Assembly: GCA_963575745.1 (NCBI GenBank)
Contig: CAUYUJ010000192.1
Location: 186,001 to 250,000, forward strand
DNA from: Prorocentrum cordatum
Lineage: Eukaryota
DNA length: 64,000 nucleotides
Reading direction: 5' to 3'
Both the position numbers and the translations under genes were made by a program. This document shows, piece after piece, positions 48,111 through 61,308 of this stretch; the stretch's first letter is position 1, and each line of letters opens with the position of its first letter. The notes under the pieces were generated by a model, which did not search any database, was not told where the DNA came from, and saw only the letters and a list, made by a program, of their open reading frames with translations.

Positions 48111-51100
48111 GCGGCCGGCCGGCGGGGGCGTCCTGACGCGGTGCGGCGGCCAGCCGCGCAGCGAGCGGCGGGGGCGGGGGCGCGGCGCCCCGAGGGGCTC
48201 CGCGCCGAGGCGCGGGGCGCAGGGCGCGGCCCCGCCGGGCCGCAGGCAGCCCTGCGGGCGCTCCTGCGGCAGCGCCGCGGCGCTGCTCCGCCGCCGCCGT
48301 GCGAGTCGGGGGCCGCCCCGCCGCCGCCGTCGCTCGAGGAAGGGTCGCGGCGAGCCCGCCGCCGCTCGAGGGGATCGGGGCGCCCCGCCCGCGCGCGTGT
48401 GCTGCAGTGCGCTGCCGCTGGGCGTCGGCCAGCCTTGCGGCCAGAGCGCGCACGCGAGCGGAGTCGAGAAACGCCCCAGCTGACGCCAGGGGAAGATGTG
48501 AGCGAGGAAGGGGAGGGAGAGGAAGGGGAGTGAAGCAAGGAAGGGAAAGGAAAGGAGGAGGAGTGTAGAACATCGCCAAGAGAAAGAAGGCGGTGAGTGG
48601 ATGCTGGGGGGGGGGCTGTCCATCTATATATATATATATGTTTATATATATAGACAGAATATGTGTACGAATTCCAAAGTCCCCCTTTCTTCCATGTTTC
48701 CTAAACTTCCGTCTTCCCCTCCACTTCCAATATCATACAACATACAGCGTTCTTCATGTCCGCTTTGTTCACGCAGCCGCGCGGCCTCCCGCTCGTACAC
48801 CTCTCCGGCACGCCCGCGAAGTACTTCAAGCTCCGAGAAGCTCTTTCTTTGCCCAATCCCCGATTCCTCGCCTCCCGCGTTCCGTCGTGCATCAACTCGC
48901 TCCCGGCGCGTCCCTCCCGTTGCCCCACTGGCGCCTTCACGCCTGCTTCGGCTCGCTGGCGCCCGCGGAACTCCAAAGGTGTCCTTACCTCCCCCCCTGA
49001 CATCTATAGCACAGAAACGGGCCCCTGACCCTGGTGCCTTCCCCCAGGACGGGCCCTTCTTCCTAGGCTTAAGTCGGGCGTGTCTCCCTACAGGGGGATT
49101 TTCGACGAAAAATAAAAAATCTGAAAAATGCTCCCAAATTGTCAAAAAAAATGCTAACATCAAATCCCCACACTATTTTCTAACTATTTTTGAATATCCC
49201 CCCTGTATAGAGGGACAGGCTCGACTTCATCCTGGGCCGCCTCCTGCCTGTCCCGGAACCCGTGGACCGCCCCGAGGGCCCAAGACACGGCGAGAGGAGC
49301 CTCGGGGCCCGCTGCCCTCGGGACCCCCGCCCCCCCCCCGTGGCGGACTTTCCCCTCCACATGGCCTCCGTCGGCGGGCCCCCCCCCCGCGGACGCGCCC
49401 CGCCTGCTGCGGCGGCCGCCCGGGCGAGCCCCGCGCGGCGCGCGGCGGCGCGAGCGGCCGCGGCGGCGCGGGCGGCCCCGAGGCGCCGCACCCGTGCGCC
49501 TCCTGCAGGGCGCGCCAGTGCCCCGCCTGGGCGGCTGCGGGCGCGCGGGTCCCACGCAGGCGACACCTGGCCATCGCTCGGAGGTCCGTTCCCTGTTTTT
49601 TTTTGGTTTCGTGCGTGGTTTTTTCGCCAAGTGATCAAGGATGCTCCTCGATGGTCCTCGCCGAACGAAAAATGCACACGTCCGAGCGATGCCAAGACAC
49701 CTTTCACTCCCGGAGCTCCTGGCGGCTCCGCTGCTTCGAGCCGGGAACCGTGGCGTTCCATGTCGGGCCCCGGGGCCCCTTCACATCGACCCGGCTCGAG
49801 AAACGACCAGAAAGATGGGGTCCAGTGGTCCGGTCGTGGTTTTTACAACGATGCTGAATCTGCTGCAACGTCAGATCTCAGGGCTGGTTGACCGAATGGC
49901 GCAGGCCAGCCTCGTCTCTCTCTAGCTTCAGACAAGCCTGGAGGACGACGAGCGAGCGAGGGAGAAGGGGAGGACACCGAGGCCGATCGGGGGAGCAGCG
50001 ACAACCCAAGGGCGCGGAGACGACAACGCGGGAGGAGGGAGAAAGCAGGGGAGGCGACCCTTTCCTATGTTTGGTTGGCAAATGTCCAGGGAGGTGTTTG
50101 CCAAATTCTGGCCTCCCGGCCGGCCCTCGGCAGGCCTCCCTGGGCCGTCACAAGAACACCGGGACCGAGAAGCTGGTGCTCGGGAAGGGGTCCACTAGAC
50201 GTCCGGGGAGCCGCGCTGGGAAACAGTCGCGACGTGGGGCGCCTGGAGCGCACCGTCACCATCGTGCCTGAGCTCTGGCATGGTGCCACCAGCCACCCTG
50301 GGGCCCAGGAAGGCCCTGGCCAGGCACGGTGGTGGTGCACCTCCTCCTCCTCCTCCTCCTCGTCCTCGTCGTCCTCCTCCTCCTCCTCCTCCTCGTCCTC
50401 GTCGTCCTCCTCCTCCTCGTCCTCCTCCTCCTCCTGCATGCCTCCTGCGGACAGGAGAGCCGCCGCCGTCGCCGCCGCCGTCATGAAAGATGGGAGGCAT
50501 CGATGTGCTCTTGGGCGGTGCTGAGCCATTTTTTAGGGGGGGGGTAGACATGCGCGTTCCACGACTCGCAAAGTAACTCTTCGCAAATGGTCTGGATCCG
50601 CCGCGGGGGATCTACGAAAAACTAAGTCGATGCAGACATGCTTTTTCGGACGTTTGCGAGTGGGCGCTTTCCGAGTAGTGGAACGCGCTCGGTGAGAGGG
50701 AGAAACCGCTCCTCGATGCGGATGATCGACAATGTGCCGGAGCTGGGGACGATCCCGAGCACAGAGATTCTGGAGGCGGCGCACGGGAAACGACGGACAA
50801 CTAACCCATCCCTAATACGGCAGGCTCGTGTTGTGACGACCCTGGCGTTGGTTTCTGACACCGTGTGGATTGTTCAACCTTGAGCGATCGGCGGCTTCCG
50901 ATCGCCCGATCGTTCCATGTATGCCGATTCTGGACAACAAGCGGCGCTCAACCTCGAACGCCCGCGGCGGGGACGCCGCCGGTCGACACGACGCGGACCT
51001 ACCGTGCGGAGGTATCGCCAAGGAATCGCCAAGGATGCTGGGTCTTTTTAGGGGGCCTCCTGGAGCGTTCTGGTCGCCTCATGGACGGCCTCCAGGTTTG

Positions 51101-52099
51101 GGGACGCACTGACCTGGGTCAATGCAAACCCAGGTTAGTCAGGCCCTGCAGGATCCTGCAAGATCCTGCAGGATCCTGGCCCGCCCGACAATAGGTGGCG
51201 GCGCGCACAAGAGGACATAGGGAGAGGGGGGAAGGCCTCTTGGAAGGACGCCGCTTCCGGGAAGGCGCTGGCCGTACGTCTGCAGACGAGGCCCGCACTC
51301 TCTGAGAAGCAGGGGTGCTTCTAGGAAGCCCCCCCCTTTCCCCCACACCCCCCTTCGGCTACATACGCAAGAGTGACCCAGGGTAAGAGTGACCTTTGGT
51401 GCGCGGCTTTTTTGGGGGGCCGCGGGGGGACCGAACCTGGGCGCGCAAGCGGCTGCCACTGTCTCGTTCTCAGCCATCCGGGGACCCATCCGTGCCCGCA
51501 CCAAAAAGGTCACTCCTGCGAGAGGTCACCCTTATACGTCTCGTCGACCCCTTTCTGAGAGCGCGCCCGACTCTTCCCCCAGGGAGACGCGCGGGAGGCT
51601 CCGGGAGACCTTGCCATCGCCGGCCCTGCTACAGTCGGGGCGCTGACCTAAGGAACCCTAAACAAGGAACGAGGCCCCTGTTTCCCTTACCTTAAAACTT
51701 CGATTCCCCATGGAAAACCTAAGGAAAACCCGAGGCAAACTGTAAAACAATCAAGGAACACCGAGGCCCTCCCCAACGAACAGGGTTCCTTAATCAGCGC
51801 CCCGACTGTACGCACGCAGGATCGCGCCCTCCACACCCGCAGCCCGCCTTGCTGCACGAGCACCCGCCCGACCGGGCGGTCCCCCTTCTGTACAGGGGCC
51901 CCAGAACACACAAATAAAAAAACACACACACACACAAATAAAAAGAATCCCCATATTTTCTCATATTTTCGCATCTTTTCCTGGGGATCGACGGTTCATT
52001 GTGTCTGTGTGTTTTTTCCCTCCTGATTTTTGGGGAGGCCACGCGACGGCGCGACGCCTCCCTGCCAGCACGCTCGCGCACCTCGAACGGGGGGCTCAA

Positions 52100-52340
52100 G
52101 GTCCGAGGCCCGAGGCTCGAGATCGAGGCTCGAGGCGCTCCAGCCTCGGGGGCTCGAGGCCGCAGGCCCGATCGAGGGATCGAGGGCTCGAGGCTCGAGG
52201 CTCGGGGCTCGAGGCTCGAGGCCGGAGGCTCGGCCGAGGCTCGCGAGGCTCGCGAGGCTCTCGGGGCTCTCGAGGCTCCCTCGAGGCTCCCGAGGCTCGG
52301 GGCCCGAGTGCCGCTCGAGGCCCGTGGCAGTTCGAGGGCC
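52100..52340. repeat. 7-bp-unit tandem repeat (ctcgagg)n
   Basis: Repeated ggctcga / ctcgagg units. Confidence 0.9.
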
Positions 52341-53469
52341 CCCCCCCCCCACAGGCACGCACCGCAAGGGGGGGGGGGGGGCTCCCCGCACGCACCATGC
52401 TGCACTCAGGGCTAAGCCTAAACGGTGCTTTTCCTTTTCGTTTTGTTTTTCGTTGTCCTTCGCTGTTGTCTCGAACCCGCCTTTCCCGCAAAGCGACGTC
52501 GACACGAGAACGGCCCACGAAATCGCCAAACACACACCGTTGAGGTCCAGCCCTGTGCTGCACTCAGGATGAGGTCGGGCATGTCCTCCTGAAGGCGGAT
52601 TTTGAGAGAAAGCTCAAAAACAATGATCAGCAAAAACCGAGAAACCAAAAAGAGCCCCCCAAAATGGCCACCAGACCCGTGTTTGACTGTCCTTGGGGTA
52701 CTCCTCCTGTCGAGGGACACGCACGACTTAAACTTAGGAGCGGAACTGGAAAAGACCCGCCGAGGGCGCGGACTCTTTTGTGCTGGGCTGTGCCTTCCCG
52801 AGCGGCCCGGGCCCGGGCCACCGCGTTGGACCCCGGGCGACCAGCCCCGGGTCTCCTGACGCCCCCCCCCTCCCCCCCCGGCCTCAGCAACGCCGCGGCC
52901 CAATATCTGGCAAGGGGCATGGATCGACCTAAACCGTGCTGTTCGTGTTCGTTCTGTTTTCATGATCCCTCGTTTTGTGTGTCTCCAATCCGCCCTCGCT
53001 GTAAAACGAGATCGAAACGAAAACGGCCCATCGGACGTCCGATTGGACGGCGCAGCGTGGGCCCCGTGGGGGGGCCGGGGCGCGAGGCCCCTGCAGAGCC
53101 GTGGCCTGGCCACGCCCACCTCGGGGAGGAAAAAGGAGCCGTACAGCCGACCCTTATCAGAAGGATGGACGGTACAGGGCAGTTTTTAATACATGGGATG
53201 TTTAAGGATATTGGGTTTTTAATACTGATTACTTTATGAATGAATTTATGCATGGACTCGTCGTTGTTTTTAATACTAAATCCCAGCATTTTTAAGACAT
53301 GATCCGCACGCGGAGCATGTACAAGTGGTACGTGTGCCATGGCTCTGGCACACAAAGGAAGGGGGGGGGGAGGAGGTGGAGGAGGGGGGAAGAGGGGGCA
53401 ATACATCGCCCCTCGGGGCCCAGCAACGGTGCCCTAATCCCAAGTGTGTGTGTGGGGGGGGGGGGGGGG

Positions 53470-53975
53470 GAGGTGGCGCGCGTCGCGACGCGGCATGAAG
53501 CGCTCGGAGCGGAGAGGGGCACGGGGCGGAGATCCCACTGGGGAGCTGGGGGCGCGGAGAGAAGGGGGGGGGGCAGGTGGCGTGCGTCGCGACGCGGAAT
53601 AAAATGGTCGGGGCGGAGGGGGCACTGGGCGGGGCATGGGGCAGAGTGCCACGGGGGGGGGGGGTCCGACTGGGGCGCTGGGAGCGGGAAGGGAGGGGGG
53701 GGGGAGGTGGCGCGCGTCGCGACGCGGATTGAAACTGTCGGGGCGGGGGGCACGGGGCGGAGCCCCCGCTGGGGCGCTGGAGGGAGGTGGGGCAAGCGGT
53801 GTGCGTCGCGAGGCGGAATAAAGCGTTCGTGGCGGAGGGGGCAGTGGGCGGGGCTCCCCGCTGGGGCGCTGGGGGCGCGGGGGGGCTCGGGGCAGAGAGC
53901 CGCGGCGCGGGGCCCCGCTCTGGCGCTCGGGGGCGAGGGAGGGGGGGGGGGGGGTGCGACGCGGAATAAAATGTT
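53470..53975. repeat. ~110-130-bp GC-rich tandem repeat (units contain ggtggcgcgcgtcgcgacgcgg), flanked by direct copies of gtacagcc.accc..atcagaaggatggacggta (~53140, ~54020)
   Basis: Core recurs near 53472, 53577, 53705, 53800 and 53955. Confidence 0.75.
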
Positions 53976-54585
53976 CGGAGCTCTAGACACCCTGTGCAAG
54001 AGAATAAAAAACGGCACTGTACAGCCAACCCGCATCAGAAGGATGGACGGTAAGGATGCAAGGGCCTCGGAAGCCCGTTTCGAAGCTCCTCGAGCGGGGC
54101 GCGGCCAACGAACGTGGCCAAGCCTGGACCGAGGAGGCGAGGATGCGAGGGTACCCCCTTGGGAAGGTCGCTCATCCCGACTGCGCGAGTCGACTGTATC
54201 AGCCACACCCCTGAGGCAGCAGCGCAACATGCCTCCGGACGGACACGAAAAGAAGGACAACACGCGCGCACGGGCTCTCCCACCGGCGGCGCTCCACGGA
54301 TGCTCCTTCTCCCTCCCGGCCACATTCGCATGGGGGAGACGGGTCCTGAGGGACACGGGTCCTGGACCCTGGAGGAAGAGAAGGGGCATGAGGAGGAGGA
54401 GGAGGAGGAGGAGGAGGAGGAGGAGGAGGAGGAGGAAAGGATGACGTGAGGGACGACGATGACGACGGCCAGGCGCAGAGGAAGAGAAGGGGAGGAGGGG
54501 GATCTCGATACTGCTTCGATTTCCATGTAGTTGCCAGCAAGTGATCCGCTGCCTCCTGGGCTAGCCCAAAAGGAGCCCCACGGAC

Positions 54586-54667
54586 TCAGGACACGTCCTC
54601 AAAGATGTCGCCAAACATGCTCGGATTCATTATGTACGTGGAGCTGTACAGGTCGTTGATCCATCTC
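54586..54667 (-). CDS. Last exon of TSP1/vWA gene ((G)RWINDLYSSTYIMNPSMFGDIFEDVS*)
   Basis: Acceptor cccccAG|G at 54669-54668; phase 2 matches the upstream GA donor; TGA at 54588-54586. Confidence 0.7.
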
Positions 54668-54774
54668 CTGGGGGTAACCAAAGGCACCGACACCGACACT
54701 CCCTGGACCTCTCCACGGATGCGCTCTGACAATGATCCTGAGGTGCACGGTTTCCCCCGGGGCCGTAGGCGACC

Positions 54775-55185
54775 CGAGGAGGAAGAGGAGGAGGAGGTGG
54801 TGGAGGAGGAGGAGGAGGAGGAGGAGGAGGAGGAGGAGGAGAGGAGGAGGAGGAGGGGAGGGGAGGGAGGGGGAGGAAGAGGGGAGGAGGAGATGAGGAG
54901 AGGAGGAGGGAGGAGGAGGAGGAGGAGGCCAGGAGGAGGAGGCAACGAGATGGCCCAGGAGGCCCCCTCTGGCCTCGGCCCGTAGGTCTTAGGCACCATG
55001 CCAGAGGAGGAGGAGGAGGAGGAGGAGGAGGAGGAGGAGGAGGGAGGACGAGGAGGAGGAAAGGAGGAGGAGGAGGAGGAGAGGAGGAGGAGGAGGAGGA
55101 GGAGGAGGAGGGAGAAGGAGAGGGAGGAGGAGGAGGAGGAGGAGGAGGAGGAGGAGGAGGAGGGAGGAGGAGGCGGAGGAGGACG
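54775..55185. repeat. (GAG)n microsatellite (intronic)
   Basis: Directly visible. Confidence 0.95.
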
Positions 55186-55759
55186 GGCCGCCTAAGCCCT
55201 TCGGAGAAACCCTCCATCCTGAGGTAGATCCGACCTGTGGAGGCGCATGCCCGCGGAGACAGGCCCCCCAAAAGGGGAACGGGGGCCAGGCGGTTCGGCT
55301 CGAGGGTGCGCACAGGCAGCTCCCCGAGGTGGCCTCGGGCACGCCTCTCGAATCGTCTGGGACGGTCCAAGCACCCCCGAACCCTTTGGGCGCGGAGCGC
55401 CGGGTGTATTGAGACCGCCCAGGACCACCTGGGGGGCCCGTGGGCCCGCTGGGGATACCGCGGGGGGCTGCCCGCGCGCAGCCTCACGCCCCTGCCAACA
55501 GGGATGGTCATGTTTTCTGCACCTCTTCCAAGGTCCATGCTGGTCAATTGTCTTCCATCGTGAATGCATGTTTGACGGCCGCGCGGCTCGAAACGGACCC
55601 CAGACCTCGAAAACTATAAAAAAACACTGATCCTCGAGTTCCCTCCTCCCTGGTATCGGCATATTTCCCCATAACCGCATAATGGCATTTTTGTTGTTAC
55701 TCCGACCGTGTCGACTCCTCACGCAGAGTCACACTCAGGGTCACTACTTAGGTTATGCT

Positions 55760-57078
55760 AGGTGTTGATGAGAAGAATGATGATGGTGGTGATGGTGATG
55801 GTGGTACTGGTCGTGGTAATGATGATGCTGCTGATGATGACGATGATGATGATGGTGATGATGATGGTGATGATGATGCTGGTGGGTGATGCCACTCTTG
55901 GTAGATGAGGACGATGATTATGTTGATGATGCTGATGAAGGTGACGATGATGATAATGCTGCTGATGATGATGGTCAAACTTATGATAGTGATAATGACG
56001 ATAAGTATGATGGTGATGCTGATGGTGATGGCTGTGAAGATGATGACGACGAGGGCAATACTGGTAATAATGATGGTGATGCTTATGATGATGCTGATTC
56101 AGATGATGACGGCGAAGATGCTGATGCTGATGATGAAGATGCTGATAATGCTGATTACCAGGATGCTGATGATGATGTTGATGCTGCTAGTGATGGCGTT
56201 CGTCATGGTGATGATGCTGATGCTTATGATGATGATCGGAGGTTGGGGGGTGAGATCGCAGTGTAACGGAGTCCCCCCACTCAGAAATCGAGTTTCGAGT
56301 TCGTGCTCGTGCCGTGCGTGCGGGCGAGGCGAAGCTGCGTGGGCCAGCGAGGAATTCATTCTGCTATCGCTAGGGGTCCGGCAACACAAATGGTTCCCCT
56401 CCCCGGTGTTGTCAAGCGGTGGCCCGCATTGTCCCGTCGGTTGCCCGCCGGTTGCTCATCACGGTTGCTCATCATGGTTGCTCATCATTGTCCCGCCAGT
56501 TGCTCATCATGGTTCTCATCATTGTCCCGCCGGTTGCTCATCATGGTTGCTCATCATTGTCCTGCCGGTTGCTCATGATGGTTGCTCATCATGGTTGCTC
56601 ATGAGTTGTCGTCATGAGCCACCCCCCTCCCCCCACCCCCCCACAACCTCCTTATCACCCGCAGGGTGGTCGTATAGGTAAATATTATACTCATGATGGT
56701 AGTCGTGTGGATGATGATGGCAACAACGATGATAATAATCATGATGATGCTGCTGATGATGATGATCATGACGATTGTGGTAATGATGTTGATCATGATG
56801 ACGCAAGTCATGATGATGAGGATGACGATGATAATGATAGTAGCGATGTTGGTGGATGATGATGATAGTGAGGATGGTGATGGTGGATGGGTATGATGAT
56901 GATGCTGATGAGTATGATGGTGAGGAGGATGATGATGAGGATGATGATGACATGGTGATGGGGATTGTGATGATATGATGATGGTGATGATCATGATGAT
57001 GATAAAGATGGTGATGATGATGATGATGGTGCTGCTGCTGCTGCTGCTGATGATGATGATGAAGATGATGATGATGAC
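55760..57078. repeat. Degenerate (GAT)n microsatellite, split by the element at 56236-56678
   Basis: gat/ggt/gct triplets on both sides of the insertion. Confidence 0.92.
56236..56678 (+). mobile_element. Short copy of the 12334-13903 element family carrying a different tandem repeat (ggttgctcatcat)n
   Basis: A|TCGGAGGTTGGGGGG start; subterminal ccacaacctcc; perfect hairpin caccc-gca-gggtg (56656-56668); gtcgtatag end. Confidence 0.75.
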
Positions 57079-57084
57079 GGGGAA

Positions 57085-59020
57085 AAGTTTGAGGATGCCT
57101 CGGGCGAAGCGCTGGCTACAACTCACCCAAGGGGGGGGGAAGCCAGGGGGCATCTCACTCCTCCGGTCGCGCCTGGATTGCGGGGATGCCTCGAGCGGCT
57201 TGCCCATGTGCATGCTCAACACCCTCCGCTGTCGGAGCAGATTCTGCGGATGTCTCGGGCGAGGCGCCGGTGTTTGCACCCCAGGGGAGGGCAAATATTG
57301 CGAGGATGCCTCGAAGGGTGTGCGTGTTTTGCTGGCCATGCTCGTCTGCAGCCAAAGCAGGTTCTCAGGAAATGTCGGGCGACGCGCTGGTTTCGACACG
57401 CCCAAGGGAGAGCCGCCAGGGGGTATCTCACTCCTCCGTTCGCGCACAGATGGCGGAGATGTCTCGAGCGGTTTGCCTGTTTGCATGCTCAATGTCCTCT
57501 GCTTTCGGAGCATATGCTGAGGAGGTCTCGGGCGAGGCGCTGGCTTTCACACCCCAGGGGGTGCCCAGATTGCGTGGATGTCTCGAGCGGTGTGCGAGCG
57601 GTTTGCCTGTTTCCTGATCCAGGATTCTCAGCTTTCGAGGCAAATGTGGAGGACGTCTGGGGCGAGGCGGGGGGACGCATGCGGACCCTGCCGCGGGGGC
57701 CATCGGTGGAGCTCCCTATGGGGCCACGATTATCGTGAGGGGCGTGCCGAAATGGGCGGTAATGATCGACCCCAGGGGGGCACAGATTGCGAGGATATCT
57801 CGAGCGGTTTGCCTGTTTTGGTGGTCGGACTCGTTAGTCTCGGGCGAGGCGCTGGCCCAGGAGGCGCCAGGAGGCAGCAGGAGGCCCCAGGAGGCCCCAG
57901 AGAGCTCCAGGAGCCTGGAGGCCCCAGGAGGCATCAGGAGAGGAGGCCCGGCTCCAATCCTACATTAACGTATGTTCCTATAGATTGGGCTTCACGAATC
58001 CTTGGTGATTTTCGCATGTACCAACACACATATCTATATATATATATATACTGCCCCTGTCTTGTGGCCCCGACCTTCCATGTTTTCCAAATGTTCCTGT
58101 AGGTTGGGCCTCCGTTGCCAGGACAAAAAAGTGCCCACAGCCATGGCAGGTAGGCGATGCAACATGGTAACAACCACAACTGCGAAGTGCCCCTGCTTCG
58201 GACCCCTCCCCCCCAGAATTCAAAGTTGAAGTGTCCACATTCTGTCACTGGCCTTTGGCCTACCGCCAAAACCCGTCAACTTCAAATTTAGGGGAAGGGT
58301 GGTATACATGTTGGTCCGACGTTCTTTAATGACTCATTTTTTCTACTTCTCCCAGCGCACGAGATTCGTTTTGTCTTCGTTTCCCAAAGCAAAATGACAC
58401 CACAGATGTGGAAAAAGACGCGTCGCAATGTCTTGGCGAGTCACGTGTGGACACTTTCAGCCCACCCACCGTCCCCTGGGGCCCGAATCAGTTGTGTGTT
58501 TGACATGTGTTCTGATCGCCTGCTCCTCTCCTGTGGCTCCAACCCTGAGTGCTGTGCTAATGCCCCTACACTTTGGGCCTCGCCTTGGGGCGCGCATCCC
58601 CCCCAGGAGGCCCCAGGGAGGCCCCAGGAGGCCCCAGGAGGCCCCAGGAGGCCCCAGGAGGCTCCTGGATGCCACAAGAGGTTCCGGGGGGCACCAGGAA
58701 GCCTCAGGACGCCCCAGGAGGCCCCAGGAGGCACCCGGAGGCCCCAGGAGGCCCCAAGAGGTTCAAGGAGGCCCCAGGAGGCCGCAGGAGTGGCTCCAAT
58801 CCTAGGCGTTACGCTTGTTCCTGTAATTAGTGCTCCAGTCCAGGAGTGGCCGCAGAGTGCGAGGATGCCTAAGGCGGTTTGCCAGTTTTCGTGGCCAGAT
58901 TCGTCTGCGTTCAGAGCAGAGTCGGAGGATCTCTCGGGTGAGGCGCTGGCTTCGACACCGCGCTCATCTTGCGAGGATGTCTCGGGCGGTTCGCCTGGCT
59001 CGGTGGCCAGGCTCGTCTGC
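57085..59020. repeat. Diverged tandem repeats (gaggatg(c/t)ctcgagcggtttgcc units; 10-bp ccaggaggcc arrays at ~57857-57945 and 58600-58790)
   Basis: Motifs recur at least eight times. Confidence 0.75.
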
Positions 59021-59341
59021 GGGACGGGTGCACTCCCAGCCGGTCAATGCCCACGCAGCCGGTCAATGCCCACGCCCGTGTGTGTGTGTGTGTTCGAAGC
59101 CTCTCGCGCCTGGACGCTCACGACGGGACGGTCCATGCAAATAGGTGCACACATGGGGAGCTCCACGCATGCTGGTCGTCTGACCTGTAGTGTCAGAGGC
59201 ACTGTCTGTGGCCCCGGTGTTCTACACTGCTGGGCCTGCTCATAGAGCGACTGTAACTTATGTGCGGTCAGGGAGCCCCTGACCTCTCTCACTTCATGGG
59301 GAGCCCCACGCCAGGAACCGTTTGTTTCTCCTCGGACGCTC

Positions 59342-59487
59342 CCGCTGCCGCAGGTCACGTTCGCGCGCTCGGACATGGCCGCGGCCCAGACGTCCGCCGT
59401 GACCTCGAAGGTGCTCGCGTAGCACGAGGGGCCGCCGCGGCTGCCCGTGTAGTACGAGAAGGCCAGGAGGCCCTTCTCCTTCACGGC
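59342..59487 (-). CDS. Exon of TSP1/vWA gene (AVKEKGLLAFSYYTG...NVTCGSG)
   Basis: Acceptor ctgccAG|GCC; donor CGG|GAgcgt (GA type); 146 nt, phase 0 to phase 2, consistent with neighbours. Confidence 0.8.
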
Positions 59488-60258
59488 CTGGCAGTGTTCT
59501 GCCCTCGGCTTCTCGGGTCGGGCGAAAGGGGGGGATACCGAAGGGGGGGGTTGAGAATCAGCTCACGTAGCTGATTTTCCCGGCGCCTCCCGGCGCCGGA
59601 TGGAGCTATGTATCGAGGAATGGGCCCCTCGGTGAGGCCGAAACCAGCTGCATGCAGCAAATTTCGTAACCCCCCCTTTCCCAATCCCCCCCTTTCGTCC
59701 GGCCCGAGCTTCGGTCGGGCGTGTCCGCCTACGGGCGGATCTTGGACGAAAAAATCAAAAAAATACCCCCAAATTGAGAAAACAGCCGAACACGGTCGAA
59801 CAATCGTCCCCAGAGCATTTTCTAGTGCTTTCGAAGATTCCTCCTCGGATATCCACCTCGCCGGGTCGATTCGGTGCTCCGGGCTCGGTGTCTGTGCCTG
59901 CGTGGCCAGCTCGGGAGAGCGTATACGCACGGATCCCTGGGCCCAGGATGGGGTCGGGCCAGGATCGGCGAGGCAGCCAGTGGACGCCCCCCTCCCCCGG
60001 CCCTCGAAGGATCGAGAGGGGGAGGGGCCTGCAAATCGTCGACCTTCGGAGGGATCGAGGGGGGAATGGGATCGAGGGGGGAATGGGATCGAGCTGGGAA
60101 GGGATCGAGGGGGGGCATCTGTATTTTCTCCGAAGGGATCGGGGGGGAGGGATCGAGTTTCGGGACGCTTCTGGTGAGTTCTGAGGCTCTGGTCCGGGGG
60201 CCTCCGGGGACATCCAGGCTTCGGGACCCAGGGAGGCACGAGCACTTGCGAGCATGGC

Positions 60259-60548
60259 CTCCATGCAGGCGTCGGGGCTGTCGACGCGGCCCACAAACGT
60301 GTCGACGCCGCACTCGGCACTGGGGTACCCCTCCTCGTGGATGAGCAGGTAGCCCTCCTGCTCCTCTTCCTCCTCCCTCTGCGATGGCGAGAAGGCCCGA
60401 GGGCAGAACTTCACTAGCAGCCTCTGCGCGAACTCCGGCTCGTTGTTTATCAGCGTGTCCAGGCCCGGGATGCGCTCGTAGTTGGTCTCCCACGGCTGGC
60501 TCGCCCATCCCCGGAGTACCTTCAGTTGGTCGGTCGTGTGATCGGCAA
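60259..60548 (-). CDS. Exon of TSP1/vWA gene ((I)ADHTTDQLKVLRGWASQPWETNYE...DACME)
   Basis: Continues the vWA domain; donor GAG|GCcatg (GC type). 5' boundary defined by precise removal of element 60549-61013. Confidence 0.82.
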
Positions 60549-61013
60549 TCCGCCACTTTCCTTTCGACTTGTTTGGGTGGAATGAAGTGCCTGCCAGCTG
60601 CCTGGTAGGTTCTCGGTGATTTCCCAGGGGCGACGTCACGAAAGTCCACACCGCACTAGAACATCGTAGCGATGCTTTCCCAAATGGCCCAAGCCCTTGT
60701 TCTGCCGAGCCCGTCAGGATAAATCTGAAGAATCAAAGTGCATACATGAAGGGGCCCTGAGACACACATATATACACACAACTGAAATTATCCTCTATAT
60801 TTTCCATATTTTCTGGATTTTTGTCTTCCCCCTCACTTCCCATAGTTTCCTATATTTTCGGGGGAATCGAAGATTAATTGTGTCTGTGTGTTTCTTTTCC
60901 TCCTGACAAGCCCTTGCTCTGCCGAGCCCGTCAGGGATAAATCTGAAGGATCAAAGTGCACACACTTCAGTGCTGCGCTGGCAGGGTGGCGGAGGCTGCC
61001 GCAGGCAGGGCGA
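60549..61013 (+). mobile_element. 465-bp A|T-inserted element with asymmetric inverted repeat and GCA-triloop hairpin, interrupting the CDS
   Basis: Starts tccgccac; inverse gtggcgga at 60986-60993; hairpin ctgcc-gca-ggcag at 60996-61008; ends ggcga|t. Removal gives ATG GCC CCC ATT GCC GAT (MAPIAD). Confidence 0.85.
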
Positions 61014-61308
61014 TGGGGGCCATGAAGATCTGGATCCCCTTGTCCTTCATGGCCGTGGCCTTCATGCCCGTGCGGTACGCGTTCGTCCACTTGCCGTCCG
61101 AGATCACCATGACGGCGCTCTGCGCATCCTCCCGGCCGTCCGCAAACATGTTGTCGGCCGCGGTCAGCGCCTGCATCATGTTCGTGAACCCGCGCTGCCA
61201 CTGCAGCCCTTCGACCGCTGTGCTGACGGAGGCAAGGTCGCTCGTGATCTGGACGACTTCGAGAGCAGGTGAGACCGTCCCGTTGTCGAAGTACTCGCCG
61301 TTACCGAA
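61014..61308 (-). CDS. Exon of TSP1/vWA gene (FGNGEYF...GFTNMMQAL...VMVISDGK...IQIFMAP)
   Basis: vWA core with MIDAS Thr (FTN) and Asp (ISDG); 295 nt; bounded on both sides by the A|T elements. Confidence 0.88.

Noticed and set aside
55886..57075. Asp-rich and Met-rich ORFs
   Set aside because: Translations of an intronic (GAT)n microsatellite.
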